Notes: generated by a model not told the origin, from the sequence alone. A stretch of 64,000 nt of DNA from Eledone cirrhosa (GCA_964016885.1 OZ024743.1:94612001-94676000), one strand, 5' to 3'. Counted from the stretch's first letter, positions 38,215 through 52,479 are shown. Numbers and translations: made by a program.

Positions 38215-38330
38215 AGTATTTGTTCCAGCTCTTGAGATCATTAGCTCAATCCTCATCGAAATCAACTTTGCCTTTCATTCTTCCAAATTTGATAAAACAA
38301 AGTGTCAGTTCAATACAAGGATCGATTCTC
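38215..38330 (+). mobile_element. Diverged SINE
   Basis: caactttgcctttcattc..gataaaac core. Confidence 0.55.
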
Positions 38331-39690
38331 TACCTCCTCTCTATTTCTCTAGAAGAAGTCGGTTATGTTCAGACCTAGAGAGAGATGGGCTCTGCCAGGT
38401 TTAAAGTGGATGTAACGACGAGACTCCACCAGGAGTTAAGAGCTCAAAAGACGAACACTTATGGGATTCAACTCACATATTTGCTTCTTTTTATGGCTTA
38501 CACTAAAACTAACCTGGGCGGGATTTGAACTCATCCATTTACACAATAATAATTTCAATAAATGCTGGAAAGAACGAGTTGATCTTGGTAAATATTGGTT
38601 TCAAATGTTCTAATTGAGGCGAGTTTAAAGAAATACCCTGTCTAATCGAATATCAATTCAAAATTAAGATATATAACACTGACATTCTCCCTCTACCTAT
38701 TTATGTATTATTTTGTTACTTGGTCTGCAAAACAAACTTCGAAAATTGAAGTATTTCAAAACCATGTCATGAGATTTATTACTGGTAAACGCCTAACAGA
38801 CAGAGTTAAAATATTATTGTACATCTACGAGAAATGATACAACAATGAGCAGTTTTTGATAGTAATTCTCTCAAGTTGTTTTGCTACGTCAAATTTTCTA
38901 TTTGTTGTCTCCCGAAAATCTTTCTGAAGAGGATATTATATCTTGAAAGAGAAATTAGGACGCTCCAATGTATATGAAGAGATCAGACCCTAAAATCTGC
39001 TTAGAGCATATAGTACATGAAAAGCGAAAATGAAGACGCCTCACTGATAGCTGGAGACACCATTTCCTAAAATGGTCTTAATCCAAATCATGGAAAGAAC
39101 TCAATAAAATGACAATGAACAGAGAGAGAAATGGAAAAAATACGTTCGTAAAGTTTCATACTCTACTACCGGAAACGGAAATAACGATTACCAAGCAGAT
39201 TGCTAGATTTCTTCAATGGTGATTCAGTGAGACGATTATTATATTTTTGTTTGCTGTTACTAATACAATGTTTTGGAGTCTTTTGAGGTGGGAGAAATGA
39301 GATAAGATTGAGTGATGTTTATGAAGAAAATATCGGAGTTATTTGAATTATCTCTACAATCCTCACGAAATTATTTCAAAATAATTAGCCATTTTGTCTC
39401 TATTGTGGGGTCGTTTACAATTGCTAACGTCTCTCTTGGGAATCCAGTCAGTTCTGTAAAGAGCGTTGTTTTAAATTATTGGACCTATTGTAGTATATTA
39501 CTGGTATAGATTTAACCAAGCGTAATGTAAGTTAAATCAAAGGTAACCAGAAACATCTGTGAATTGATTTAAATAGCAATAACTTCATAATGTATTGACA
39601 CTAGTAAGACATGGAGATGGTGTTGTATAAATTAGAACTTCAGTTATGATATTGCTGTATGAACTTGTCATAATACAGTAAGACTCTTAC

Positions 39691-39772
39691 CTTCAGTTGG
39701 TTCTTAACACTTCCAGAACAATGTAGCTTGACAAAGTGATATGAATTCTTAAATAGTTACGGTATATATATA
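39691..39772 (-). promoter_or_regulatory. Putative TATA + Inr and non-coding first exon of the tyrosinase gene
   Basis: TATATATA beginning at 39772, Inr-like TCATATC with A at 39742 (30 nt apart), donor AAG|gtaaga at 39691/39690; the ATG exon has its own splice acceptor. Confidence 0.5.
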
Positions 39773-40320
39773 GAGAGAAATAGAAATATTTGGAAATACC
39801 AGAATCTAATTAACTCTATGCCTATTGTTGGTATATATAATAACACATGGGAAGCGATGAATTAATTGCATGTTTCATGCTCTCCCACACACACTGCCCA
39901 TCCCACAATTGTTGCAATCAAACGTCCTTTTACAGTTGTTGATATCACTCGATACAACACGTGCTTATAGTAATCTTACATCAGTCAATGCTGTCCATCC
40001 CGGAACTCTCAGTTTATGACGAAATGCATTGCATTGAATATTTTTGAAACCCGTTGTTCAGGTTGTGGACTTTCTTTCCCACATCAGTCTGCACCAAGCA
40101 GACATATGGTCAAAGGCGTTCCATTCGTGACCATCCCATCGTTCTTTGTTGTTGTATATATATTTTAGGATTACATTGGACAATGTGTTCTCCCGTTTTA
40201 TAACGGAGGGAATTTGACTATGAAGTTTGTACTCCGTGGTTTGTAACTAACTTTTTAGTTGCAGCCATGTCATGAGTCCTTAAACTTTTGTTGGAGAGAG
40301 CCCATACCTCTCCAAGTTTG

Positions 40321-40358
<38 letters not shown>

Positions 40359-40359
40359 G

Positions 40360-40490
40360 ACCGGTACTTTATTTATCGATCTCAAAAGGAGAAAGACAAT
40401 GTTGACCTCGGTTGGATTTGAACTCATGGCACAGGGAGCCGGCGCAAACACCGCAAAATATTCTATCTGACATTCTAACGACTCTGCCAA
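40360..40490 (-). mobile_element. SINE copy
   Basis: ggtactttatttatcgat...ggatttgaactc. Confidence 0.65.
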
Positions 40491-41751
40491 TTTGCAGCTT
40501 AAATTGTTATATGCAATATGAGAATGACAAAAAGAAAAAAGAAAACACATGGAGGAGAAATGCAAAAGCAGGGGACCCTACACCCTTGACTGCACTTCAC
40601 AGACAAGATGGCGAAGGCATTACTGTAGAGACGAGCCAACAATACTTGTTGCGTCAGCCATTTCTACCTCATGAGGTCAACTTTACATCCTTGATGGACA
40701 GTGTATATCAGCTACTGCATCTTACTGACAAAATGGTGAAAGCATTGTCGTGGAGAACAGACAACGATACTCAATACATTTATCCATTCCACCTCGTTGA
40801 GCTCCTTCCTCAAGCATAATGCCCTCCCTATTGGGAGGAGGAAAAATGACAATCTGTGGATCGAGGGAACCCAACGTCTCAACACATTATACTCAACTGT
40901 AACCTATGTAGTATGAGAATTTAATCCTAAATTATAGGACTTCAAACATTATCTTGGGAATGACTTGAATAATAATGGGCTCAAACAGATGAATTACCCC
41001 AGATTTCCTGACCACTAATATCGAAAGAATTGGAAACGCATGATGTGGTTGGAGTATTACACCTAAACCTTTGCTCATAAGATAGTGGGTTAAATTCCTC
41101 CATGGAACTACGCGTTGTTTTCTTGAATAAAATATGTTATTTTATGGTGCTCTTTTTACCAGGAGTTGTGCCTCACAGATAGTAATCAATAAAGGAAAAG
41201 ACCAATGAAATAGTTGTTTCCTTGGTCCAATCTGATGACCAGATTCTATTCTATTTTTTCCCCTAAAGAAATTAAGGTGTTATATTTATCGATATTTCGG
41301 AGGAACCCATAAAAGGTGACCTCGGCACTATCAACTGATTTGAACAACGGTACTCTCACTTCATCTTATTAGGTAATCGAAGCTGGAATGGCTTAACTTG
41401 AAGGTCTGGTGATAGGAGAGATGGGCAGATAGATTTAAATCCAACGAGAATCGAATTGGAATTTCATCGATCTTGGATCGATATTATAAAGTACCATGTG
41501 CGGGTCTCGAACGCAACAGACTAAACTTGCGCTCAACGTGTGCTCCGCTGTCTGTGTTGAGAAATACAATATATATACATACAATATATATACATATACA
41601 ATTGTTTCTATATCGATCAGCTCAGGGTACATTTATAATCATGGGGCCTGACTCTTCTTCGACATCTCCTTAAATATGCGCGTTTTATACACACACACAC
41701 ATATATATATGCGTGTGTGTGTGTGTGTGTGTGTCTGTGTGTATGTGTGTG

Positions 41752-41818
<67 letters not shown>

Positions 41819-41819
41819 C

Positions 41820-42535
41820 ATGCTTGCTTCATTTCTCTCCAGCCGTCGCATATCCTCCGCATTTGCTGCCCATGTTTCACTACCATGCAGCATCGCTCAT
41901 CTCACACAGGCATCATATGACCGACCTTTCGTTCGTAGGGCGAAACACTTCGTTGTCAACAGAGGAGGCAGCTCTCTAAACTCCTTCCATCCTGTCCTTA
42001 TTCTAGATATTATGACCTCGGAGCATCCTCCTCGCTTGCTAATATGATCACCTAGGTATCGGAAGCTATCAACTACCTCTATAGGTCCTACTTGCATTTG
42101 AAAAATATGCCTATCACTGACACTTCTACTATCAATTTTCCCTGAACATCCACTACATATGAGGTTTTCCTTTCCTGTTAGTTTGCCTGCCATCCCACTA
42201 CACCTATTGTGTATCCAAAATCTGCATTGTGTACATTCTATAGAGTTTATATCCAACTCCTTCTCTATATACAGTATATGGTCATTTCCCTGATGGAATC
42301 AGACTTTTGTCCTCTTTCCTACTTATCAACACTTTAGTCTTTGCTAGGTTCACTCTCAGTCCTCTTGATTCCAACTGCTGTTTCCTTAGCCATAATTTAT
42401 TCTCTAGCTCCTCTGCTGTTTCTGCTATACCAGATCGTCAGAATAGAGAAGTTCCCATGGGCAGCCAGTATTAAACTCCTCTGTTATGGCTTGGAGAACT
42501 AAAATGAATAAAAGTGGGCTGAGGACTGAACACTG
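41820..42535 (-). mobile_element. RTE-type LINE RT fragment with Cys-rich insert
   Basis: LSPLLF, CPWELLYSDD, SIECTQCRFWIHNRCSG, FRYLGD, RIRTGWKEFREL. Confidence 0.8.
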
Positions 42536-42862
42536 ATGTACTCCTACTTGTGTCTGGAATTCCTCACTAAACTCCATTCTTACTCTCACTTTACTAACAG
42601 CTCCTCTCTACAGAGCTTAAGGGAACAAAGAATCAGTGTTGCATCATATACATATTTATTTACATATTACATGTGTTACACTGTTGATCAGCTCGAGGAA
42701 CGATCGATTAATGTTCGATCCTGACTCTGGAATCGTAAAGCTCCACAGATATGTTTTAACATGTAGACTGGCGTCAACACTGATTCTTTGTTCCCTTATA
42801 TATTATTATTATTATTGATACTCTGCTCTCCACCATATATATATATATATAAATATAAATAA

Positions 42863-42948
<86 letters not shown>

Positions 42949-42952
<4 letters not shown>

Positions 42953-43481
42953 GGAAAAAATGAAACGATATTTAATTTCCCACTCTTAGTACGACTGTTA
43001 CTTAAATATAAGTATATACACGTACATACATACATGTATACAGACGTACAGTAGTTTGTATATATATATATACATACATGCACACATATATATATGCACG
43101 TATGGATTCACCGAACATTTATTACAATGCTCTGTGTGTTTGTAAACAAGCATCCCGTATTAAGCCGTAGTGTCTAGCAACCACCGTTGCTCGTTTGTTC
43201 AACACTGACAAAGGAACGCTGTACTAGTTTCAAGCTTGTTAGCTATCGTCAGCAACGTATACCTTCCTGCCAGATTGTTGAACGTATATACTTACATTAT
43301 GCATATTAACGGCTGAGTAGCCCAATTTGCATATCGAGTGGGTTAATCAGCCGGGTGCACCGAAAACGATAAACGGAAAAAATGAAACGATATTTCATTT
43401 CTCACTCTTAGTACGGCTGTTACTAAAATATAAGTATGTACACGTACATACATAAATGTATACAGACGTACAGTAGTATGT

Positions 43482-43500
<19 letters not shown>
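42949..43500 (-). mobile_element. Second copy of the retrozyme-like family (~420-nt unit)
   Basis: Direct repeat ~42948-43075 / 43370-43495; homologous to 16221-16810; TA flanks. Confidence 0.75.
43216..43258 (-). ncRNA. Minimal type I hammerhead
   Basis: acgttg-CTGACGA-t agct(aaca)agct t-GAAAC TA GTA-cagcgt. Confidence 0.85.
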
Positions 43501-43519
<19 letters not shown>

Positions 43520-43523
<4 letters not shown>

Positions 43524-43685
43524 GTTTCTACTTTAGGCACAAGGCGAGCAAATACCCAGTACATTACTGGTACTTTATTTTATCGACCCCGTAAGGATGA
43601 AAGGCAAACTTAACCTCGGTGGGATTTGAACTTAGACTGTAAAGGGACGTAACTATGCTAGAAAGCATGGCGTCCAACCCTCTAT
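43520..43685 (-). mobile_element. SINE copy
   Basis: Near-complete match to 7719-7902. Confidence 0.85.
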
Positions 43686-43687
43686 AA

Positions 43688-44290
43688 TGACGGATAGTCC
43701 TGGCTTCTTACTCTATTTTTTAATTCATATGTATCACATCTGCAACAACGCATCACGCCATTTTCATCCCTATATGTTTTCCCTCCGCTGTGACCTGTCT
43801 CTTTCTCTTCCCTTACTGCTATCCTCTTTCTCTCTCCGCCTTCTCTCTCCTTCTACCTCTTACTTTCATTCACCCCCTCTGCTAGTCACCCTTTCTCGGC
43901 TAGCCTCTTCCTCACACTTCCACTCACTCACTCTCTGCTACTCACCCTCTCTCACTCCCACTCGTCTGACCTATGTGAAATTCTTTTCTCGCTCACATTT
44001 CGCATGGTTCGGATGCATCTTTCGGCTTTCTCGTCTATGATTCGCCAGATCTTATGTTCACTTGCATCACTGACTTGATTTTCCACCCTTTACGTTGCCT
44101 TACCATTCTTGGTTGTTTACATGTCTCTCTTTTTCCACCCAATTCTTTTTATCCCAATAACTTTATTTAGTTATTGCTCGCGCTGGCCTGAGGTATATGA
44201 TCTTTAATGCGAAGAAATACCTATGATGGCCAGAAGATCACTGATGACGGATAGGCCTGGCTTCTTACTCTATTTTTTAATTCATATATA
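43688..44290 (+). repeat. 557-nt unit with ~45-nt terminal direct repeat and a candidate type II hammerhead
   Basis: tgacggatag(t/g)cctggcttcttactctattttttaattcatat at 43688 and 44245. Confidence 0.6.
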
Positions 44291-44299
44291 TATATATAT

Positions 44300-44697
44300 A
44301 TATTAGGTTATGCAAGATATGCTTAGGATTATCCTGAATGCAGTAATGGTTAATTACTGCACTAGATAGAATGGACGTACGGTGAGGGGTTATTCAACGA
44401 GTTATGAAAGAACAGTTAAAGAAACTCGGTTTTCGATTCTTCCGATAAAGAATGATTAATAAAACAGGTAGACATCATAAAAAGGTAATTTATTCCGAGT
44501 ACTTACAAATGTTTCTTTAGTAGTTACACAGCCTAGTGATGCTGTGTGCAAATTGTAGTTATTTATTTGCAGGTACCCAATTTTCAAATGCTGTTCATCC
44601 TACCAAGTCTCAGAGCAAATGGCTAAATTGTAAATTCCCTGGTATTTCCTAAAGGGAGTTATTGGGGAAGATAGAGTAGAAAAGGAAGAGAGAAAGA

Positions 44698-44763
<66 letters not shown>

Positions 44764-45890
44764 TAGCGGTCGGGGAAATGGGAGAGAGTGGTTTGAAGAA
44801 TACAGATAGCTTAATCTAAATGTGATAGGGGTCCAACAAATGGTTTTATTATACTGCTTACTCTCAAAGTGACAACTTAGGCATTGTGTTGATATTGTCA
44901 AGTTTAGAATTATTTATTGCCACAGAGAGCAGGTTAGTAGATGTAGAGTAGGGGGGATATAGACAGAGGGCGAGAGAGAGAGAGAGAAAGGGAGGAGAGA
45001 AAGAGAAAGAGTCAGGGGGGACAGAAAAAAGCTAAGAGAAGGGGAAGGAAAGGCGATATACACCGAGTTGGTAGTTGCATTTTGCTGATCGCACTTAAGT
45101 ATCCATTTATTACGATAAGCAAGCTACTGGCTTAGAGTGTGTGTGTGGGGGGTGGGGGGTGGGGGTGGAGTATAGTTGGGAAGTATTATTGAGTGAAATT
45201 AGTTAGCGAGAAAGTGGTGTAGTAGTCTCGGGTTCATATGTTAAGTTATTTTATAGTGAGAAAATTTAGCCTTCAGTTTGTGGTTGCAGTATAACGATCG
45301 TTTGATTCTGTCATTTAGTAAGTTGTTTTTAGATTTCAAGATATAAAAGAGTTCAAGGTTGCATAATCTGCAGTACTTTAATCCACTCCGATATGCACTA
45401 GCATTGGATAATTTATCCCATTTTAAGGTGAACTGCCGGAGGTATTCACGGAGTTGTCAGGTCTTATTAACGAGTGTAGTTACATAACGGTGTTCAGGAT
45501 GTTTAATCGAAAATCAATGACGATACCAGCGTGATTTAAAGGAGATACTGGTAGACCCGATTAATACCATTTCTGGTCGTTTGATTCGACAGTGCGTTGG
45601 ACTCTAGGCATTTATTCTTCAATGGGCATCTCTCGGGTAGGTGGCAATTGCAGTTTTTGTTATGGGTAACAGCTGTACCATGGATAGGTTGGGATAACAG
45701 TTCAGGTGGGTTGTGTAATACCCGTCTCCCATTTGGTGGAAGGGAGGTTGATATTACGTTATGCCCATCTGTTTCTAAAATATTTTGTTTTGTAGTTTTG
45801 TTTAATAATCGCTTTAAGTTAAGTTTTTTTTTTATGTATGCTTCTAGGTTTGGTGCAGTGGAGTGTGATAGCTTAACAATCTTAGAGTGT
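44300..45890 (-). mobile_element. Decayed PLE 3' part (GIY-YIG + 3' UTR)
   Basis: Minus strand CNCHLPERCPLKNKC, LIGSTSISFKSRWYRH, CRLCNLE...LLN (~45260-45660). Confidence 0.7.
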
Positions 45891-46626
45891 CTTTTATATC
45901 GGTAATCTAATTTATTCGGTCCTTAATGTTGCCATTGACTGACCAACGGTCAAAAATAATACAGATACAATATAGACACAAACACATATATATAGTTTAT
46001 CAAAGTTCTTTCGTTGCACATCTGCAACATCGTCAGTGGTGCTATTGTTTCCTCCCGTTGCATTGTATTTTCTAAACCCTCTTTATTTAGTCTGTTTATA
46101 TATTTATTTATTTGTTTATTTTATTTTGTCTTCTTTGCGCATGCGTTTGCGTGTGTGTATAGTGTTTCGTTTGATGTGTGTTCGTGATTGGGTGATTGTG
46201 TATTGGTTAATGTATTCTATCTTTACTAGTGTGTGTTTATATGTGTTTGTTGTTATTGTGCTTGTGTATGTATTAAACACACACTAGTAAAGATAGAATA
46301 CATTAACCAGTACACAGTCACCCAATCACGAACACACATCAAACAAAACACTATACACACACGCAAACGCATGCGCAAAGAAGACAAAATAAAATAAACA
46401 AATAAATAAATATATAAACAGACTAAATAAAGATGGTTTAGAAAATACAATGCAACGGGAGGAAACAATAGCACCACTGACGATGTTGCAGATGTGCAAC
46501 GAAAGAACTTTGATAAACTATATATATGTGTTTGCGTCTATATTGTATCTGTATTAATTTTGACCGTTGGTCAGTCAATGGCAACATTAAGGACCGAATA
46601 AATTAGATTACCGATATAAAAGACAC
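45887..46626. repeat. ~350-bp-arm palindrome of a pLTR with opposed hammerhead motifs
   Basis: Arms ~45887-46239 and ~46275-46626; CTGACGA t gttgca gatg tgcaac GAAA at 46477-46504 and its inverse at ~46008-46036. Confidence 0.9.
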
Positions 46627-46715
46627 AGAAGCGAAAAGCGAAAACCAACCAAACAGTAAGTGTGTTCTGCTATTAATTCTGGCAATATTACACAAATATA
46701 ACCCTCCCCAAGTAT

Positions 46716-46752
<37 letters not shown>

Positions 46753-47861
46753 TAGATAGATAGATAGATATATATGCAATGACTGATGATATGCAATTAC
46801 AATAAATTTAGTCCATTAGATTATTATTCTTATATCGTTAAACAAAAGTGTATTATCTGCATATGGCATCTGATTTGCTTGAATATAACCATAAGCATTA
46901 GTACAAGAAAAGACTATTTATTTCTATATTACCATTCTTTAGGATGTTTTAGGATGGTGGATTTATAATCATGAAGTCGTGCTTTCACGTTTTGTTCTTG
47001 AGCAGGTTGCTTCATTTCCAATTGCTCAAGTCCGCTCAGCTGAAATATAAAAAAGAGTTGTATGCGTAATGACTGCAGATTAAATACTAGTCTGACGGGC
47101 AGGAATCACTCAAGTGTGGTTCTTATTGCCACAAGTGTGACCTTTTCTGTCTCATTGCTTTTGATTTTGCAGCCACGACGGTAGCTCTGGAATGATTATG
47201 TGGTTTTCAGAGCCTTATAATTTCATACTGATTCCTCTTGACACCTGGTCATCTCCTGTGACCTTTTCACACACATATATTGTGCTATAAAAGTCACAAG
47301 GAGTTAGGGGGTGTTAATACCACTGCAAATGCCCTCTAGTTGTCACTCTTTTATTTCGCTGGTTCAGGTATTGTGGTATGAACCTATGCGTATATCTGTG
47401 GAGGACTTGCTGCTTCCACTAATCCTCTTTGTTGAAAACCTGGCGGATGTTTTCATGTATTTTGATAGGATTGATGGAAACCAAATCCTTCCACACATCG
47501 TCTAGGACCTCCTGCAACTGTTCTTTTTAGGTAATGTGAAGCCTTTGAACGTTTAACAATACAGAGATATGTTACCCTCCTTTTTTGTTTTGGCTCTTGT
47601 AAGTGTTGCTCCGACATTTTAGATCATATCCGTTGCTAATATTTTTGGGAAAAGCACGAGTATGCCCCAATGACATTGTTTCTCACATTTTAAAATCTAA
47701 AATCTTTTGTCTCCTCTGAAGAAGGAATAATTCGCCTCTATTTTATAGAAACCTTTGAATACAATAAACATCTATTTCTTCTCCAGGAAATGAATGAGCA
47801 ATTAAAACAGCTTTAATGTATTTTTTAAAATAAACAATAATAAATAGGGACGAATGATTAA

Positions 47862-48050
47862 TAATTGTTTCTACTTTAGGCACAAGGCCAGCAAATACCC
47901 AGTGCATTACTGGTACTTTATTTTATCGACCCCGTAAGGATGAAAGGCAAAATCAACCTCGGCGGGATTTGAACTCAGATCGTAAAGGGACGTAACTATG
48001 CTGGAAAGCATGGCGTCCGACCCTCTACCTATACTGCCAATCCACCGCCC
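47862..48050 (-). mobile_element. Full-length SINE
   Basis: A and B boxes plus core nearly identical to 7719-7902; a further diverged copy at ~48395-48520. Confidence 0.85.
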
Positions 48051-48340
48051 TTTACTGCCAATCCGGTAGTTTCTTATATACATTTAATGAACATATACAT
48101 TTATATACATTTAAAGACACTGTGGAAACTATTGCGATAGTCAAGTATTACGTTGGATATTTGCAGTAGTGAGAATTACGATACAAATACAATCAAGGGC
48201 ATACAAAACAAATATTGCCACATTTGTTTATATCTTTATATTCACACGGTCAAAGAAATAACTGTATAAAGTAGGCCTAATTAAAATATATCAAACAGAA
48301 CACACCCAAAATAACATTACCCGTATAATAAATGCTGAAA

Positions 48341-48371
<31 letters not shown>

Positions 48372-48879
48372 CTTCTTGAACCCTCCAATATTGAACTAGT
48401 TCTTTATTTATTGACCTCAAAATGATGAAAGCAAAGTTAACCTCATCAGGATTTGAACTCAGAGCACAAAGTGTCGGAATGTGTGATGCAAAGCATTCTA
48501 TTCGACGTTCAATTCACCGCGTTTAGTTGAACCGCTGATCAGCAAAGCGTTAATTGAAGATTTTCTCAGGAGGCTCAGGACGTATCATGGATAATTTGTG
48601 AGAAGGTATTTGAGTATCTTCTCCACGCGTGGATTCTGGAAATATAAGTCTTGAGTAAAGTAAAAGCAATTAAAGGTACATACATCAAATTTAAATACAG
48701 TAGTACAACCCCATCATCTTGTGACAATAGGAATGTATTTGAGAGATCAGGGGAGGGCTGGTTGAACTGTAGCCAAGAGCCAACAATATTTTAAATAGCC
48801 CCAAACATAAATAAACGTTAACTTTATAGATTAATACAAAGTACGCTTTTCTTAGCCATTAATTTTACTTCCTTTGCAA

Positions 48880-49740
48880 CAACAGTTGCTACAGTTCCCT
48901 CGGTTTGTCCAGTCTAGATATTAGTCATGAGATCACTACCAAATATTTTGCTCTCTTTCAAGATCGAATGAAACTTCTTACTCCTCTCATGTTTTTCAAC
49001 GAGTTTCAACATCCAGTCGTTTGTTGCTCCAAGATATTTAGCCAGTCTAATTGTAGTAGTTTTGTAAGACAGTTCAAATTGCTTCGGACTCATTGAGTTC
49101 TGGGAAGGTAAAGACAATCCACATCTGCCTTTGAGTGCCAATTCTCTTTATTTCACTGAAATTCCAGTTCAACACATTGAAGCGATAATTAACAACTGGA
49201 ATTGTCATGTGCATTTAGCTCAGATTTCAGAACTGCTCGTTTTCTCCTATAACATTCTTTCCTTATATTCTCTTTCATGATTGCATGCTGAATGTCGGAG
49301 CCTTCATTTATACCTAGGTATTTATAGGTTTGTTTCTGCTCAAGTTCGTTTATAACTGCTCCAACACCCAATTCAACTTATCAAACCCAACATCCAGGCA
49401 CATTTATCAAACCCAAATTCCATCTCGGTGTAATCACTGAATATTTTCACAGTACGTAAAAGGACTTCAAGCTCATCATTGTCTTCGCCATATAGTTTTA
49501 GCTAATCCATATACAATAAATGGCTTATTTTCCTGTCGTCAATTTTATATCGATAATTTTTTCTGTTAAGTCCCATTGTAAGGGATATACAAATTATTAG
49601 AGGTGAAAGTGAGTCACCTTGGAAAATGCCACAGTCGATGCTAATATTGCTTGAAATAAGTACTCCATTAGAATTATATAACTGGAGATTCATGTTCCAC
49701 AATAACATGTTGTTTCAGAAAGTTAGAAATTATTGGAGAA
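48880..49740 (-). mobile_element. R4-like non-LTR retrotransposon RT fragment
   Basis: CGIFQGDSLSPL, ISHLLYMD, YKYLGINE. Confidence 0.7.
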
Positions 49741-49931
49741 AAATGATGAGTAGATGGAGGGAAGTCATCGATAATGATGTGAATTATATAGAGGGCTAAT
49801 TTTTAATAAAATGTGAAATTTGATGACTTGTTTTTCTGACCTAAATTTCGGACATTACTTATGGGATGACCTGATAAATGATGGTAACGTCTTCTTCCTC
49901 TTTCTGTCACACACACACACACGCACGCACA

Positions 49932-50032
<101 letters not shown>

Positions 50033-50319
50033 CCCTCTAAACAAATGACTTCTTTTTCTCTCTCTATGTGCTTGACGCCCTCGCTCTCTCTATATAGATT
50101 AGGGTGACGTCGCAACTTTCTGTCTATCTACATCTTTCTGTCACCTCGAAAGCACACAACGTTCGCTTTTCTATCTCTATATACATATCTCTCACTGGGC
50201 ACTCCCCCTCTATTTACACAGTGAGCGTGACGGACGGACCGACGAACAGACAGTGCTCTTATAATATAGATTGGGGAATTTTCTTTTCAATCTATTTTTT
50301 CAGAAATCATCATTATTAT

Positions 50320-52470
50320 TGATTTCTTTATTAGCCACACAGGGCTCACATTAAGAAAAAAATAAAGACAGTACAGGACGGTACAGTGTAGGGTTTTTTT
50401 CGTGTAAAACAAAATTTATAACAGAGACTAAAAAATAAACAATTAAATAATGAAACAACAAATTCCTCAAAAGTGGGGAGACCTCTGACTGTCACTCGTA
50501 GAGAAAGCCCACAAAAAGCCTCGGTCACCCTGACTGCTAGGGCAAGTGCCCTCTCCCAGCTGTCCTCCTTCAATCTACAGACGTATACTCAAGGCAGCCC
50601 ATTTATTCGGACCATGATCGCCACTTACACCCACCTTTCATCAAACTGGTTGGAAGGCAGCATTTCTCTCTCCACCCTGATTTTCTCTTCAAGTGAAATC
50701 GGAAAAAGATAATCAGAGCTTCACCGAAGAGAAAAGTTCTGCTCTTCAACCCTTTCAAACGCGTCCACCACACAACCTCTTTTACCATAACCAGCAGGCA
50801 GATGAAAACTTTCCTCTAAAGGAAGGCGGGTGAGCGATCTACACAAAAGATTGTCGATAGTCGCATCCTTCCACACATGACAGCAGGTATTCGACATAAA
50901 CCCACTGGTCAGCAATACTCGAACACTCGATGGGTGCGTGCAGGACGATTTAGTCGTCCTGCGTGCATCTCAGTGAGGCCCGACTCACGGAACTTCCATT
51001 CCTGTAGGGTTTATTTCAAACTGGCAAAGCTCCACGGTAGCACTGGCAGGCCAGGGATTTCTGGAAGTTATCCATGAACCCTAGACCGAAAGTCCTCTGA
51101 AAAAGAGTGGCTAGTTTATTTTTCCTCAACGCCCAGAATCACCCCGAGAACGTCGTCGCTCTTACCATCCACGACAACATCCACCTTATGCGATACATCA
51201 TAGAAAGTGTGGCTAAGAAACCTGGCACGAGTGGGGCCCTGATTAATTTAGATTAGTCGAAAGCTTCGATAGGGTCGACCATCGCTACTGCGCGGTAATC
51301 CTCAAAGTAGCTGACTTCGGACCCGTTTTCAGGGGCTGGATCGCTGTAATGTACTGCGACATATGCTCTGTGGTTAGAGTGAACGGTCACCTTACGGAAT
51401 CGTTCAACATCATGCATTCGGTCCACCAAGGTTGTTCTCTTTCGTCACTTTTGTATGTATTGACTCTTGAGCCATTACTACACAAATTGAAGACGTCACA
51501 GGGTATCCTGCGCGAACTAGGATGTGGGAGATCTATGTCAACATATGCCGACGACGTCATCGTAGTGGTGTCGAACACCAAACAAATCGAGTTGATCAGA
51601 ATCACTCTCAAGGAGTAAGAAGCGGTAACAGGAGCAAAAATGAACCAAGAAAGGTCGCTGGGTCTTTCTGTAGACTTGTCCCTGCAGCTCGGCATTTGCA
51701 GGGACAGGTCTACACCGTTTAACAGCATCATTGGACGCTGGCCGAACAGACAGGTTGAATTGTTTAGTGTTTGATTTGGTCCAGACCTCCCTATGAACAA
51801 AACTCGGGGCGAGGTAATGCCTATATAGTCGACTACTTTGAATTATGGACAACCTATACTAGACGTATCTATTTCTCTACAGAATATCTAGATACGATCT
51901 GGATGACCCGGTGCGGTTTGTCTGTCTTCACAATGGCACATTTGGGAAATCCAGTCAGTACCTGTCAGACAGCTGGAAGCGACTGAGTATGTTAGCGTGG
52001 TATTTACACCTCCTCCCCTATCTGCTAGTACCACACAGTCCCAGCCCGTATCCAAGATACCGTTCCAGTCCCCCATGACTCTAAAGAGCGGAATGCTCCT
52101 AGAAATGTTTCAATGCGCTTGAAGAAATCAGACCGTCCTACTCATGTGGGGCTTAGACTGCCACAAGCCTGAAGACATACTCTTCATTGCTAGTCACGAT
52201 CAGCACTACCAACGTATCTTCTAGATGTAGGAATATGATTTGTATCGCGAGATCCAGGCCTTTCCGAAACAACACAGCTTGGAGCTGCGTAAACTTCGTA
52301 GCCACCGAAAATGGGTGTAAAAGTTGGTGCGTCGAAAATTCTGGTGTTGCTGATAACCACCACATCTGTATTTAGTGAACTGAGGTCGTTGAGCTGGTGA
52401 CCCTGCTTCCAAGATGACCTTAGGCCACGTAGCTCCGTGCATTTACATGGCTTATCCTGAATGAAGTCAT
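50320..52470. mobile_element. Rearranged L1/Tx1 fragments in alternating orientation
   Basis: RT on + (~51150-51830: HQGCSLS, YADD); APE on - (~51870-52470: GDWN, WKQGHQLNDL); putative 3' part on - (50320-51150). Confidence 0.7.
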
Positions 52471-52479
52471 GTTCGATGA

